A DNA stretch of 64,000 nucleotides from an uncultured Chloroflexia bacterium (lineage in GTDB: Bacteria; Chloroflexota; Limnocylindria; Limnocylindrales; CSP1-4). The stretch spans positions 40,756 to 104,755 of the forward strand of contig CAVPJI010000004.1 of the NCBI GenBank assembly GCA_963705215.1, read 5' to 3'. The position numbers and the translations under genes were made by a program. Each line of letters begins with the position of its first letter. Positions within the stretch are counted from its first letter, which is position 1. Of the stretch, positions 19,115-31,235 are shown piece after piece. Below the pieces are notes generated by a model that made no database searches, was not told the origin of the DNA, and saw only the letters and a program-made list of their open reading frames with translations.

Positions 19115-19795
19115 GTGAACGCGTGGGTGCAGCGCCATCGGCGCGCCATCGGCGTGGGGCTCACGGCATACGGGCTCGCGGGCCTCGTCGCCGGGACTCT
19201 CATCGTCGGGGCAATGGCTGCCGTGGGCTCGGGCCTCGAGCCGACGCTCGAGAGCATCGATCGCCAGCGCGACGCCATCGTGGCGTCAGTCGAGCACAGC
19301 GCGGCCGCCCTGGACGATGTGGCCACGCTCGCCGAAGATGCCGCCGTCGGAGCCGGGCAGGCCGCCGACATCGCGTCACAGTCCGCGAACGTGTGCCTCC
19401 GCCTTGCCGCCACGCTCAGCCGCCTCGCTGACACGTTCGGAAGCTTCGCGATCCTGGGCAACCAGCCGTTTGCGCCGCTGGCCGAGGACGCGACGCAGGT
19501 CGCGGCCCAGCTGCGGGGAATCGCCCTGGACCTCGACGCGCTCGGGATCAGCATGAGCCGGGTCGCGCGGCAGATCCCGGCCCTCTCCGCCGAGGTCCGG
19601 GCGCTCTCGGATGACCTCGACACGCTCGCGACGGAGCTTGCCTCGTTCGAAGTCTCCGCCGACGCCGCGGCGGCGTTCCGCTGGCTCATGGTCGGGATCG
19701 TGGTCCTCGTCGCCTGGCTCCTCGTGCCCGCCGTTGTGTCCCTGGTCGCCGGGATCCTGCTCCTTCGCGGTCCGCGCCGTTCCGGCCGGGCCTGA
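19115..19795 (+). CDS. hypothetical membrane protein (TM - long Ala-rich helical region - TM)
   Basis: C-terminal part of a 485-aa ORF. The upstream part is antisense of the LiaF-like gene. GTG start assumed. The opposing 285-aa ORF is S/R-rich junk. Confidence 0.45.
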   Translation: MNAWVQRHRRAIGVGLTAYGLAGLVAGTLIVGAMAAVGSGLEPTLESIDRQRDAIVASVEHSAAALDDVATLAEDAAVGAGQAADIASQSANVCLRLAATLSRLADTFGSFAILGNQPFAPLAEDATQVAAQLRGIALDLDALGISMSRVARQIPALSAEVRALSDDLDTLATELASFEVSADAAAAFRWLMVGIVVLVAWLLVPAVVSLVAGILLLRGPRRSGRA

Positions 19796-19822
19796 TCTTC
19801 TGGCGGCCGCCGCCGGCGCACG

Positions 19823-20371
19823 TCAGCCGACCTCGTCGAGCGCTTGCATGCCGGTGGGCGATGCGGTCCGGACCAGGATGTCCGCGCCGATCCCGCGGGC
19901 CCAGGCGCGAATCCGGCGGAAGTCGCGCCAGTCACCGGCGAGGCCGGCGTTGGTCATGATCTGGAGGTCGAACCCGTCCTCATCGGCGTCCACGCGGCCG
20001 CCAAAGGTCGTGGCCTCGGCACCGATCTCGTCGGCCAGGGCGGCGACGTCCGCGGGCTGGGGCAACCGCTCGGGATGGGCCGTGGCCTTCCCGTGGCCCA
20101 CCGGACCGGAGCTGAACAGCCAGGTCGGGATCCTGGCCAGCGTCGCGCGCTCCTGGCGCAGGAAGTCGAGGGCGGATTCGTCCCAGCGGCCCACGTAGAG
20201 GGCGCTGCCCACGATCGCGGCGTCGACGTCGGCCAGGCTTGTCACGCGACGCGCCTCGGTCAGCGTGGCGACGCAGCCGGCCGCGTCCAGCTCGTCGGCG
20301 ATGACGGCCGCGATCTCCGCGGTCGCCTCGTGGCGACTGGCGTAGGCGACAAGAACGTGCGGCGGGCGCAT
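19823..20371 (-). CDS. flavodoxin-like fold protein
   Basis: MRPPHVLVAYASRHEAT with a flavodoxin_2-like layout. RBS GGGAG. Confidence 0.65.
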   Translation of the reverse strand: MRPPHVLVAYASRHEATAEIAAVIADELDAAGCVATLTEARRVTSLADVDAAIVGSALYVGRWDESALDFLRQERATLARIPTWLFSSGPVGHGKATAHPERLPQPADVAALADEIGAEATTFGGRVDADEDGFDLQIMTNAGLAGDWRDFRRIRAWARGIGADILVRTASPTGMQALDEVG

Positions 20372-20504
20372 CGGGACTCCCGATCATGGTTCCGTTGCAG
20401 AAGGATGCGGGGAGGCGGCTATCGGCGGGAGAGACCTCCGGCCCGCCGGGGCCGGGCCATCTCGCCGGTTGTCGCCGGGCGCTAGGCTTCGAGAAGGAGG
20501 TTCG

Positions 20505-21443
20505 ATGTCAGCCCGCCCGACCGCCCCACCGTTCCTGCTCGTTGCCACGGGTGCCTCGCACCTGGCCGACCCGGGCCGGCGCGACGCGCTCGTGGCCGCC
20601 GCAAGGGCTGCGATCCGGGCCCGGACGGGCACCGATCCGGAGGTCCGGGTCACGGCGACGGCAGGCACGGGGCAGGCTGCCGCACAGGAAGCGGCCGCAG
20701 CCGGCGCACCGCTCCTGGTCGTCGCCGGGGGCGACGGGAGCGTCCGGTCGGCCGCGGCGGTCCTCGCTGGGACGGGCATCGCCCTCGGGATCGTGCCGGG
20801 CGGCACGGGCAACTTGCTGGCGGCCGCGCTGGGCGTCCCGCGCTCGCCCGCCCGGGCGATCGCCGCGCTCATCACGGCGCGCGAGCGCCCGATCGACGTC
20901 GGACGGGCGTGGGTCGGTGCGGCGGCGATCCCGACGCCGTTCGTCGTGGCGGCCGGGGTCGGCTTTGACGCCCGGGTCATGGCCGCCACATCGGAGCGGC
21001 GGAAGCGCTCGCTCGGGATCGGGGCCTACTTCGCCACCGCGACGGCCGTGGCGACCCGGATCCGCCCGTTCGCGGTGCGCCTGGTCGTCGACGGCGTCGT
21101 GCACGAGACAGACGCGCTCGAGGTTCTCGTCGCGAACGCCGGAGAGCTCGTCCCGGGGCTTCTTCGGCCCCGCCTCCCGCTCGTCCCCGACGACGGGCTG
21201 CTCGACGTCCTCGTCGCCCGCGGCCGCGGAGTCGCGGGCGGCTCGCGGGCGGCCCTGGAGCTGCTGCTCGGTCGCGGCGTGCACACGGCGATCGGTCCCT
21301 ATGGCGCCCGGTTCGCCGGCCGCCAGGTCGAGGTCGACGCTCCCGCCGGGGAGCCCGTCGAGGTCGACGGCGACGTCATGGGCGGCGGGGGCTTCGTCGC
21401 CGAGCTGGTGCCCCACGCCATCCGGATCCTCGTTCCCGCCTGA
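20505..21443 (+). CDS. diacylglycerol kinase family lipid kinase (YegS/DgkA catalytic domain)
   Basis: RBS GAGAAGGAGG. DAGK_cat motifs (LVVAGGDGSV, GIVPGGTGN). Confidence 0.75.
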   Translation: MSARPTAPPFLLVATGASHLADPGRRDALVAAARAAIRARTGTDPEVRVTATAGTGQAAAQEAAAAGAPLLVVAGGDGSVRSAAAVLAGTGIALGIVPGGTGNLLAAALGVPRSPARAIAALITARERPIDVGRAWVGAAAIPTPFVVAAGVGFDARVMAATSERRKRSLGIGAYFATATAVATRIRPFAVRLVVDGVVHETDALEVLVANAGELVPGLLRPRLPLVPDDGLLDVLVARGRGVAGGSRAALELLLGRGVHTAIGPYGARFAGRQVEVDAPAGEPVEVDGDVMGGGGFVAELVPHAIRILVPA

Positions 21444-21541
21444 GCCTCCCTGTGCGCCGCGGCCGCACATGCGTGCTGCACCGGCCGACGAGCGCCGCGC
21501 CCGCCGACGAGCGCCGCGCCCGCGCGCGCTACCATCGGTCC

Positions 21542-22120
21542 ATGACCAGCACGACGCCGCCCGCCAGCCTGCCGTTCACCGGCGACCCGGAGGCCGACGC
21601 CCTCCTGGCCGCCGACCCGCTCGCCCTGCTCATCGGGTTCGTCCTCGATCAGCAGGTGACCGTCCAGAAGGCGTTCGCCGGCCCGCTCGAGCTCCGCCGC
21701 CGGGTCGGGACGCTCGACCCTGCGGCGATTGCCACGATGGATCCGGAGGCCCTCCAGGCAGTGTTCCGCGAGCGGCCGGCGCTTCACCGCTTCCCTGGGG
21801 CGATGGCGACCCGGGTGCAGGAGCTCTGCGCCGTCGTGGCGAGTGACTTCGGCGGCGACGCCTCGCGGGTCTGGGCGGAGGCCCGCGACGGAGCGGACCT
21901 CGACGCTCGCCTCCGCACGCTGCCGGGGATCGGCGAGATGAAGGCCAAGACGCTCGTCGGGCTCCTCGCGAAGCGCTTCGGCGTCCGACTGCCCGGCTGG
22001 GAGGCCGTCGCCCCGACCTATCCGACGCTGGCCGACGTCGATTCGGCCGAGGCGCTCGCCCGCTACCAGGCGCAGAAGCGCGCCTGGAAGGCGAGCCAGA
22101 AGGCCGCCTCGGGCGCGTAG
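21542..22120 (+). CDS. HhH-GPD family base-excision DNA repair protein
   Basis: Helix-hairpin-helix motif LPGIGEMKAKT and an HhH-GPD layout. Confidence 0.65.
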   Translation: MTSTTPPASLPFTGDPEADALLAADPLALLIGFVLDQQVTVQKAFAGPLELRRRVGTLDPAAIATMDPEALQAVFRERPALHRFPGAMATRVQELCAVVASDFGGDASRVWAEARDGADLDARLRTLPGIGEMKAKTLVGLLAKRFGVRLPGWEAVAPTYPTLADVDSAEALARYQAQKRAWKASQKAASGA

Positions 22121-22285
22121 ATCGCGGCGCGGTCAACCGGATGGCATGGCGGACGACGCGACCGACGGACAGCAGGTCAGAGTCCGGGAGCCCGTCTGCG
22201 CTCCACAATCGCCGATCAGGCCGAGCGTTGCTACATTCCCAGGTCCCGATTGACGACAGGCAGGCAGATGGGAGGCGGTCCGGGC

Positions 22286-22858
22286 ATGGCCGAGGTGTTG
22301 CTGTTCCACCACGTGCAGGGGCTCACGGATGGGGTGATCGCCTTCGCCGACGAGCTGCGCCGTGCCGGCCACAGGGTGCACACCCCTGACCTGTTCGACG
22401 GTCGCACGTTCGAGTCGATCAAGGCCGGGCTGGCCTACGTCGAGGAGGAGGGCTTCGAGGCAGTGGCCGAGCGTGGCATCCAGGCCGCCGAGGGGCTGCC
22501 CGCCGAGCTGGTCTACGCCGGCTTCTCGTTCGGGGTGGTCCCCGCCCAGAAGCTCGCCCAGACACGGCCGGGCGCGCGGGGCGCTCTGCTGTTCTACTCC
22601 TGCCTGCCGCTCGAGTACGTCGGCCCCTGGCCCGACGGCCTGCCCGGCCAGGTGCACGGCATGGACCGCGACCCGATCTTTGCCGGGGAAGGCGACCTCG
22701 AGGCGGCCCGGGCACTCGTCGAGCAGGCCCCTTGTGTCGAGCTGTTCCTCTACCCGGGCGACCAGCACTACTTCGCCGACCGCTCGCTGCCGTCATACGA
22801 CGCGAACGCGGCGGCCCTGCTGACCAAGCGGGTGCTGGACTTCCTCGCCGCGCTCTGA
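22286..22858 (+). CDS. dienelactone hydrolase family protein
   Basis: RBS GGGAGG. DLH-like alpha/beta fold (nucleophile elbow GFSFG). Confidence 0.7.
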   Translation: MAEVLLFHHVQGLTDGVIAFADELRRAGHRVHTPDLFDGRTFESIKAGLAYVEEEGFEAVAERGIQAAEGLPAELVYAGFSFGVVPAQKLAQTRPGARGALLFYSCLPLEYVGPWPDGLPGQVHGMDRDPIFAGEGDLEAARALVEQAPCVELFLYPGDQHYFADRSLPSYDANAAALLTKRVLDFLAAL

Positions 22859-22914
22859 GGGAGCCCGGCGTAGCTCTCCGGGAGGCAAGGTCGACCGGCG
22901 AAGCGGCCCCGAGC

Positions 22915-23595
22915 CTAGTCGGCGGCGATGACGATCCCGAGCCCTACAGGGCACGAGATGCCCGTCCCGTGGTCCGGGCAATAGCCGTTCGGGTTCTTGT
23001 CGAGGTACTGCTGGTGGTAATCCTCGGCGTAGTAGAACGGCGGGGCGTCGACGATCTCCGTCGTGATGGCCCCGAAGCCGGCCTTCGCAAGGACCGCCTG
23101 GTAGGCGGCGCGTGACGCCTCGGCGGCGGCCCGCTGGTCCGCGCTGAGGACGTGGATGGCCGACCGGTACTGCGTCCCCTGGTCGTTGCCCTGGCGCATC
23201 CCCTGCGTGGGGTCGTGGTGCTCCCAGAAGATGCGGAGCAGGTCGCCGTACGAGACGACGTCCGGGTCGAAGACCACCCGGACCACCTCGGCGTGGCCCG
23301 TCCGGCCCGAGCAGACCTCCTGGTATGTCGGGTTCGGCGTGATCCCGCCGGCGTAGCCGACCGCGGTCGAGATCACGCCTGGCGTCTGCCAGAAGGTCTT
23401 CTCGGCGCCCCAGAAGCAGCCGAGGCCGAAGACGGCCAGCGCTGCGCCGGCCGGCAGGGGACCGGCCAGCAGCGTGCCGAGGACCGTGTGCCGGTCCGGC
23501 ACGATCACCGGCTCCGCCCGGCCCGGGAGAGCGTCGGCAGGGGAGGGGAGAGTCTGCTTCGCCGGGTCGGCGAACAGGAAGTCGAGGATGCCCAT
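22915..23595 (-). CDS. msrA: peptide-methionine (S)-S-oxide reductase MsrA
   Basis: GCFWG active-site motif and a conserved MsrA core. Internal ATG start. Confidence 0.85.
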   Translation of the reverse strand: MGILDFLFADPAKQTLPSPADALPGRAEPVIVPDRHTVLGTLLAGPLPAGAALAVFGLGCFWGAEKTFWQTPGVISTAVGYAGGITPNPTYQEVCSGRTGHAEVVRVVFDPDVVSYGDLLRIFWEHHDPTQGMRQGNDQGTQYRSAIHVLSADQRAAAEASRAAYQAVLAKAGFGAITTEIVDAPPFYYAEDYHQQYLDKNPNGYCPDHGTGISCPVGLGIVIAAD

Positions 23596-24079
23596 GGAAC
23601 GCTCCGTGCTGTGGTGTGTGCACATGGTATTCGCGCCACGATGACACCCAGATGACGGACGCCGTGCGGCTTTCTCGCGTGCGCAGCGATGGCGGGATGA
23701 CGAAGGGCGCGCGACCGCTCCATGGGCATGTGGAGGGGATCGGGCCCCGGTTGTCGCGGCCATGAGGTCGCTCGTGGCTTCGGGGGCGACGTAACGTCTG
23801 TCGGTGCCCGATGCATGAGCGGGGGGCTGCCAGGGAGGCCGCGGCGGGCCGCCTCGAGGGCCGCGTGAGCGCCGTGCCGGCGCCGCGCATGGGCCAACGG
23901 CTGGTCATGGCGCGGATCTGCTCATGGGGCGGTCATCCGCACGACGAACGCGACCGGGCAAGGATCGTCGCCGCCTGCCATCCCGGTGACGGCCGGTCAG
24001 GCACTCGCCGGCGCGCTCACGGGCGCCTCAAGGGCGCACCCTCGGCGCCGGCGCCGTCCAGCCGCGGACGCGCGGGGCG

Positions 24080-24280
24080 TCAGTCGAAGTCGAAGATTCC
24101 ACGCCCCGCCGAAAACTGGAGCACCAGCCCGCACTTCTGGCAGATCTTGAGGACGAGCTTGTGACTCGTGATCCCCCAGCGCGAGTCCATCCTCCCCTTC
24201 TGCTCGTCGAACTGCGTGCCGCCGCAGAGCGGGCATCTCAGCACGGGCTTGGCGATCTCCTCGGCGCGTTCCCAGGTCAC
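24080..24280 (-). CDS. small zinc-ribbon protein (YgiT/MqsA-like CxxC...CxxC)
   Basis: 66 aa from a GTG start: CPLCGG-x26-CQKCG. Last gene of the HipA-like cassette. Confidence 0.45.
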   Translation of the reverse strand: MTWERAEEIAKPVLRCPLCGGTQFDEQKGRMDSRWGITSHKLVLKICQKCGLVLQFSAGRGIFDFD

Positions 24281-24717
24281 GGCGTGCCTCCGTCTGCGGG
24301 ACCCATGGGCGGCGGCGCCAGGACGAGCGTCGCGAACAGGTGGTCGAGCGTCGCGGCCGGGTCGGCGGTCAGGCCCGTGTGGGCCTCGGCCGGCTGGATG
24401 ATCGTGGACGATGGGGCGACGAGCCAGTGATAGCGCTCCGCCTGCGAGAGCAGTGCGATCGGGCCGCCGGCGGGATCGCCCGCTGCGATCCGCTCGATCG
24501 CCTCGAGGTGGGGCCAGACGTCGGCCGGATCGCAGGACGCGTCGAGGGCGCGCAGGCGGGCCTCGTCGAGGGCGACCCGTGCGCCGAGGAACCGGCGGGG
24601 CCGGCACAGGAGCACGATCCCGACGTTCATCGCCTCGCCCCGGTCCACGCGCGGCACGACGCGCACGATCGCGTAGGCGAAGGGGTGGCGGGCGGGCTCA
24701 GGCGCCGGTGCGGGCAC
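24277..24717 (-). CDS. DUF3037 domain-containing protein
   Basis: N-terminus FAYAIVRVVPRVDRGEAMNVGIVLLC matches the DUF3037 signature. Overlaps the upstream kinase gene by 20 nt. Confidence 0.65.
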   Translation of the reverse strand: MPAPAPEPARHPFAYAIVRVVPRVDRGEAMNVGIVLLCRPRRFLGARVALDEARLRALDASCDPADVWPHLEAIERIAAGDPAGGPIALLSQAERYHWLVAPSSTIIQPAEAHTGLTADPAATLDHLFATLVLAPPPMGPADGGTP

Positions 24718-25486
24718 GCTCGGCCTCCTCCACGAACGCCCGCGGGGCGGCCAGCCGCCGCCGCAGGTAGTCGACGTACGCAGCGCGATTGTCGTCCACC
24801 GAGGCGAACGCCGGGTCGCCGTCCAGCCAGGCCTTCGGGACCGCCCCCGCCAGCTCCCGCAATAGGGTGTCGGTCACCTGCGGCGCCAGCAACGCGTCGG
24901 CCTCGGCGATCGAGCCGGCGAACGGGAGCAGCACGTGGTCGCGGACCTGCGGGAACGGGCGGCGCGCATGCTGGGCGTCGCCCAGCGCGTCCTCCCAGCG
25001 GTGCTGCATGTAGAGGGCAGCCCCGTGGTCGATCCCGTAGAGCCGGCGATGCCAGACGAGGAGGTTCGGGTTGCGGGGGGTCCGGTCGACGTTGAGCGTC
25101 AGCGCGTCGAGCCAGATGAAGGCGGCGGCCAGGTCCGGGTCGGGCGTGGGCCCGACCGCGGGCGCGAAACCGAGAGCGCCGGGCAGGAAGTCGACGCCGA
25201 GGTTCGTGCCGGGTGAGCGATCCAGCAGCTCCTTCACCTCCCAGTGCGGCTCACCGGCGGCGAGGCGGGCGTCGAGCTCCACGAGGACCAGCTCGGGTAC
25301 CGGCAGCCCGAGCGCCCGGGCGAGCTCGCCCACGATCACCTCGGCGACGAGCGCCTTCGGGCCCTGGCCGGCGCCGTGGAACTTGACGACGTAGAGGCCG
25401 TCGTCGTCCGCCTCGCACAGGCCGGGCAGGGAGCCGCCTTCCCGGAAAGGCGTGACGTAGCGGGTGGCGGCAACGGTCCGGAGCAT
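24698..25486 (-). CDS. HipA-like (HipA_C-only) serine/threonine kinase family protein
   Basis: 262 aa. HipA_C catalytic core (VVKFHG..GQG, LDALTLNVDRTPRNPNLL, IDHG). No HipA N-terminal domains. Confidence 0.7.
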   Translation of the reverse strand: MLRTVAATRYVTPFREGGSLPGLCEADDDGLYVVKFHGAGQGPKALVAEVIVGELARALGLPVPELVLVELDARLAAGEPHWEVKELLDRSPGTNLGVDFLPGALGFAPAVGPTPDPDLAAAFIWLDALTLNVDRTPRNPNLLVWHRRLYGIDHGAALYMQHRWEDALGDAQHARRPFPQVRDHVLLPFAGSIAEADALLAPQVTDTLLRELAGAVPKAWLDGDPAFASVDDNRAAYVDYLRRRLAAPRAFVEEAERARTGA

Positions 25487-25562
25487 CAAGGTGAGTGTAG
25501 GGGGCGGGTCGCGGGTCGGACCGGTCCGGGCGCCGCCTGCAGCGATTGCCCGCCCATGAGAT

Positions 25563-25580
25563 AGTTGCACCCGCAACTAC
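25563..25580. promoter_or_regulatory. perfect palindrome TAGTTGC-acc-GCAACTA in the divergent intergenic region
   Basis: 7-bp arms with a 3-bp spacer, 27 bp upstream of the nitroreductase-family start. Candidate operator. Confidence 0.3.
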
Positions 25581-25606
25581 TCTCGGAGAACAACTGGAGA
25601 CCTGCA

Positions 25607-25990
25607 GTGGAACCCACCGTTCGCGCGGCGCTCGACCGCGGCGGCATCATCGACATCACGACGACCGGGCGCCGGAGCGGCGAACCGCGGCGCATCGAGA
25701 TCGTCTTCCACAACGTTGACGGCCGGATCGTCATCTCCGGGATGCCGATGCGTGAGCGGACGCGGGCGTGGATCCGCAACCTGGAAGCCGACCCGACGCT
25801 CACGGTCCATCTCAAGCGAGAGGTCCACGCCGACCTCGCCGGAACGGCGCGCATCGTCACCGACGAGGCAGAGCGCCGGCGCCTCCTCGTCCACGTGGCG
25901 CGCAGCTGGAAGCGCACGGACGTCGATGCCATGGTCGCCTGGAGCCCGCTGATCGAGGTGCTGATCCCGGGCTACGCGCAGGACACCTGA
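25607..25990 (+). CDS. nitroreductase-family deazaflavin (F420)-dependent oxidoreductase (DUF385/PPOX-like split barrel)
   Basis: GTG start with GGAGA 8 nt upstream. The 127-aa size and the signature GRRSGEPRRIEIVFHNVDGRIVISG. Confidence 0.65.
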   Translation: MEPTVRAALDRGGIIDITTTGRRSGEPRRIEIVFHNVDGRIVISGMPMRERTRAWIRNLEADPTLTVHLKREVHADLAGTARIVTDEAERRRLLVHVARSWKRTDVDAMVAWSPLIEVLIPGYAQDT

Positions 25991-26160
25991 CCGGATCGCC
26001 GGTCAGCGCCTCAACGTCGGCCAGGCGGCGCGCACCATCGCTGAGATCCACCGAGTGACGCTGTACGAACATGATGGTGTCATGAACATCGAGGCATTCC
26101 GGGGCGTCAGAGAGGGGCCGATCGGCGGGCGTATCGTCGTCGCTCGCCATCGTCAGTGTC

Positions 26161-26592
26161 GTGGCGGTCGTCATGATGGTGACGCTCGCGGTCGCCGTCG
26201 CCCCACCGCCCCCGCCCGGGAGCATCCTGACGGGAACGACATGGCAGTGGGACGGATCCACGGCCGGCCCCGGCGAAGTCCCCGTTGTCGTGCCTGACCC
26301 TTCGAAGTACACGGTCGAGTTCAGGTCGGGCGGGACGTTTCGGACCACGGCAGACTGCACCACCGTCTCGGGCACCTACCGCACGGTCCCAGCCGGGCGA
26401 ACCGGGCTCTCGTCAACCGGGCTGAGACTCCGACCCGATCCCTACGACCCGGCTGCGTGCGGCCCCAACTCGCTGTCCGATGCGTTCCTCCAGGGGCTGT
26501 GGTCGGCAGCTCGGTACCAGATCTCCGACTCGCAGCTCACGATCCTGCGCTCCTCGTTGGGCACGATGACCTTCGCGGTGGGAGGCCCGTAG
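26161..26592 (+). CDS. META domain-containing (HslJ-like) secreted protein
   Basis: Short hydrophobic N-terminus, then the META/DUF306 pattern (TWQW..G..YTVEF..GGTF, LTIL). Confidence 0.5.
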   Translation: MAVVMMVTLAVAVAPPPPPGSILTGTTWQWDGSTAGPGEVPVVVPDPSKYTVEFRSGGTFRTTADCTTVSGTYRTVPAGRTGLSSTGLRLRPDPYDPAACGPNSLSDAFLQGLWSAARYQISDSQLTILRSSLGTMTFAVGGP

Positions 26593-26646
26593 GCCTGATC
26601 CCTTCTGGCGGGTGGCACAGGCCTGGCGGATGTGATCAGAGGACGC

Positions 26647-29835
<3,189 letters not shown>

Positions 29836-30152
29836 GCTGCCCCTGCTCCTCTTCCGGGCCGGCCCCTGGCCGTCCGGTCCCTGCCCCGGCGCGATGCGTC
29901 GGGCTCTGCTCCGGGCGGTGCGCCCGCCCCCTCCATCCGATCACGCTCCGGCCCGCAAGCGGCGGGCGCGAGGCCCGAGTCCGCCGGTCCGGCCGGGCTG
30001 GCGCCGCCGTCGCCACGATGCGATCACCGGCGTCGCAGGTGCCCTCCGCCGGACCCGGTCCCTGGCCCCTCCGGCGCGTCCCGGAGGCGGTCTGCCCGGT
30101 CGAGGGCGGTCCCCGTACTCTATCGCGCAGCGCGGGGCCAGTCAACGGCAAA

Positions 30153-30201
30153 CCACAAGATGTAGTGGTGCGTGGTGCCGCCCCACAACAAGATGTTGTG
30201 T
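30153..30201 (-). promoter_or_regulatory. tandem NrdR boxes (cCACAAGATGTAGTGg and cAACAAGATGTTGTGt), ~33 bp apart
   Basis: Two 16-bp near-palindromes fitting the NrdR consensus acaCwAtATaTwGTgt at three-helical-turn spacing, upstream of nrdJ. Confidence 0.5.
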
Positions 30202-30246
30202 GTCAGGTGCAGCGTGCCGCGCACGTGACCCGGCCTGGACTGAGGC

Positions 30247-31197
30247 TCAGAGCCCGCTGTAGCTGTGCAGCCCGGGGAACCAGAGGTTGCCCGAGTAGGT
30301 CACGAGGACCATCACGAACCCGACGACGAGGACGAGCGCCGCCGGGCGGCCCCGCCAGCCTCGCTGGCTGCGGAGGTGGAGATAGACGGCGTAGACAAGC
30401 CAGGTCACGAGGGCGCTCGTCTCCTTCGGGTCCCAGCCCCAGTAGCGGGACCAGGCGACGCTTGCCCACCAGCTGCCGAGGACGATCATCGTGGCGAAGA
30501 CGGGGAAGCCGACGATGACGGCCCGGAACGCGACGGCATCGAGCGTCTCGCGCGCGGGAAGCCAGGCGAACCGATCGACCGTGCGGCCATCCGCCAGGCG
30601 TCGCTCCTGGACGAGGAAGCCCAGGCCTGCCGCGAAGCTCATGGCGAGGATCCCGTAGCTGACCATCGCCAGCCCGACGTGGATCGTGAGCAGCGGCGGG
30701 TTCTGGAGGGCCGGGACGAGCGCCTCGATCTCCTGGGGCAGGGTCGAGCTGTACAGGAAGAGGCCCAGCGCCATGCCGAGGGGCACCAGGCCGATCGAGC
30801 GCACCGGGTACCGGCGCTCCAGGGTGAGGTATCCCGCCAGGATCCCGAAGGCGAACGCGACCGTGAACTCGAACATGTTGCCCCACGGCCCCCGGCCCAC
30901 CACGACCCCGCGCAGGAGGAGGGCCATCCCCAGCGAGGCGGCGGCGGCCCAGGCGAGGCCGATCGCGAACGGGGCGACGACCGTGCGCGGCCCGGCCGCG
31001 TCGGTCGAAGGCGCGCCGAGCCCGGCGACGAAGCTGCCGCCGACGACGCCGGCGAACGCGGGCGAAGGGCGTGGCGCCAGGGCGGCGGCGAGGCTGCGCC
31101 CGGCCGCGAGGAGCGTCGTGTGCGCGACGTGGGCCGCGAACGCTCCGACGAGCAGCAGCCCGGCGACGACGTACAGGTAGTGCGACGCGGTGGCCAT
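30247..31197 (-). CDS. ccsB: c-type cytochrome biogenesis protein CcsB/ResC (WWD heme-handling family)
   Basis: Internal ATG MATASHYLYV. WGWDPKE tryptophan-rich motif and conserved His residues. 316 aa. Confidence 0.75.
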   Translation of the reverse strand: MATASHYLYVVAGLLLVGAFAAHVAHTTLLAAGRSLAAALAPRPSPAFAGVVGGSFVAGLGAPSTDAAGPRTVVAPFAIGLAWAAAASLGMALLLRGVVVGRGPWGNMFEFTVAFAFGILAGYLTLERRYPVRSIGLVPLGMALGLFLYSSTLPQEIEALVPALQNPPLLTIHVGLAMVSYGILAMSFAAGLGFLVQERRLADGRTVDRFAWLPARETLDAVAFRAVIVGFPVFATMIVLGSWWASVAWSRYWGWDPKETSALVTWLVYAVYLHLRSQRGWRGRPAALVLVVGFVMVLVTYSGNLWFPGLHSYSGL

Positions 31198-31235
31198 GCG
31201 TGCGTTCCCCCAAGGACGCGCTGCTGTGAGACCCC

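Noticed and set aside
21481-21530. Imperfect tandem duplication ccgacgagcgccgcgcccg x2 upstream of the HhH-GPD gene
   Set aside because: Short two-copy GC-rich repeat in an intergenic region. Likely slippage, with no evident function.
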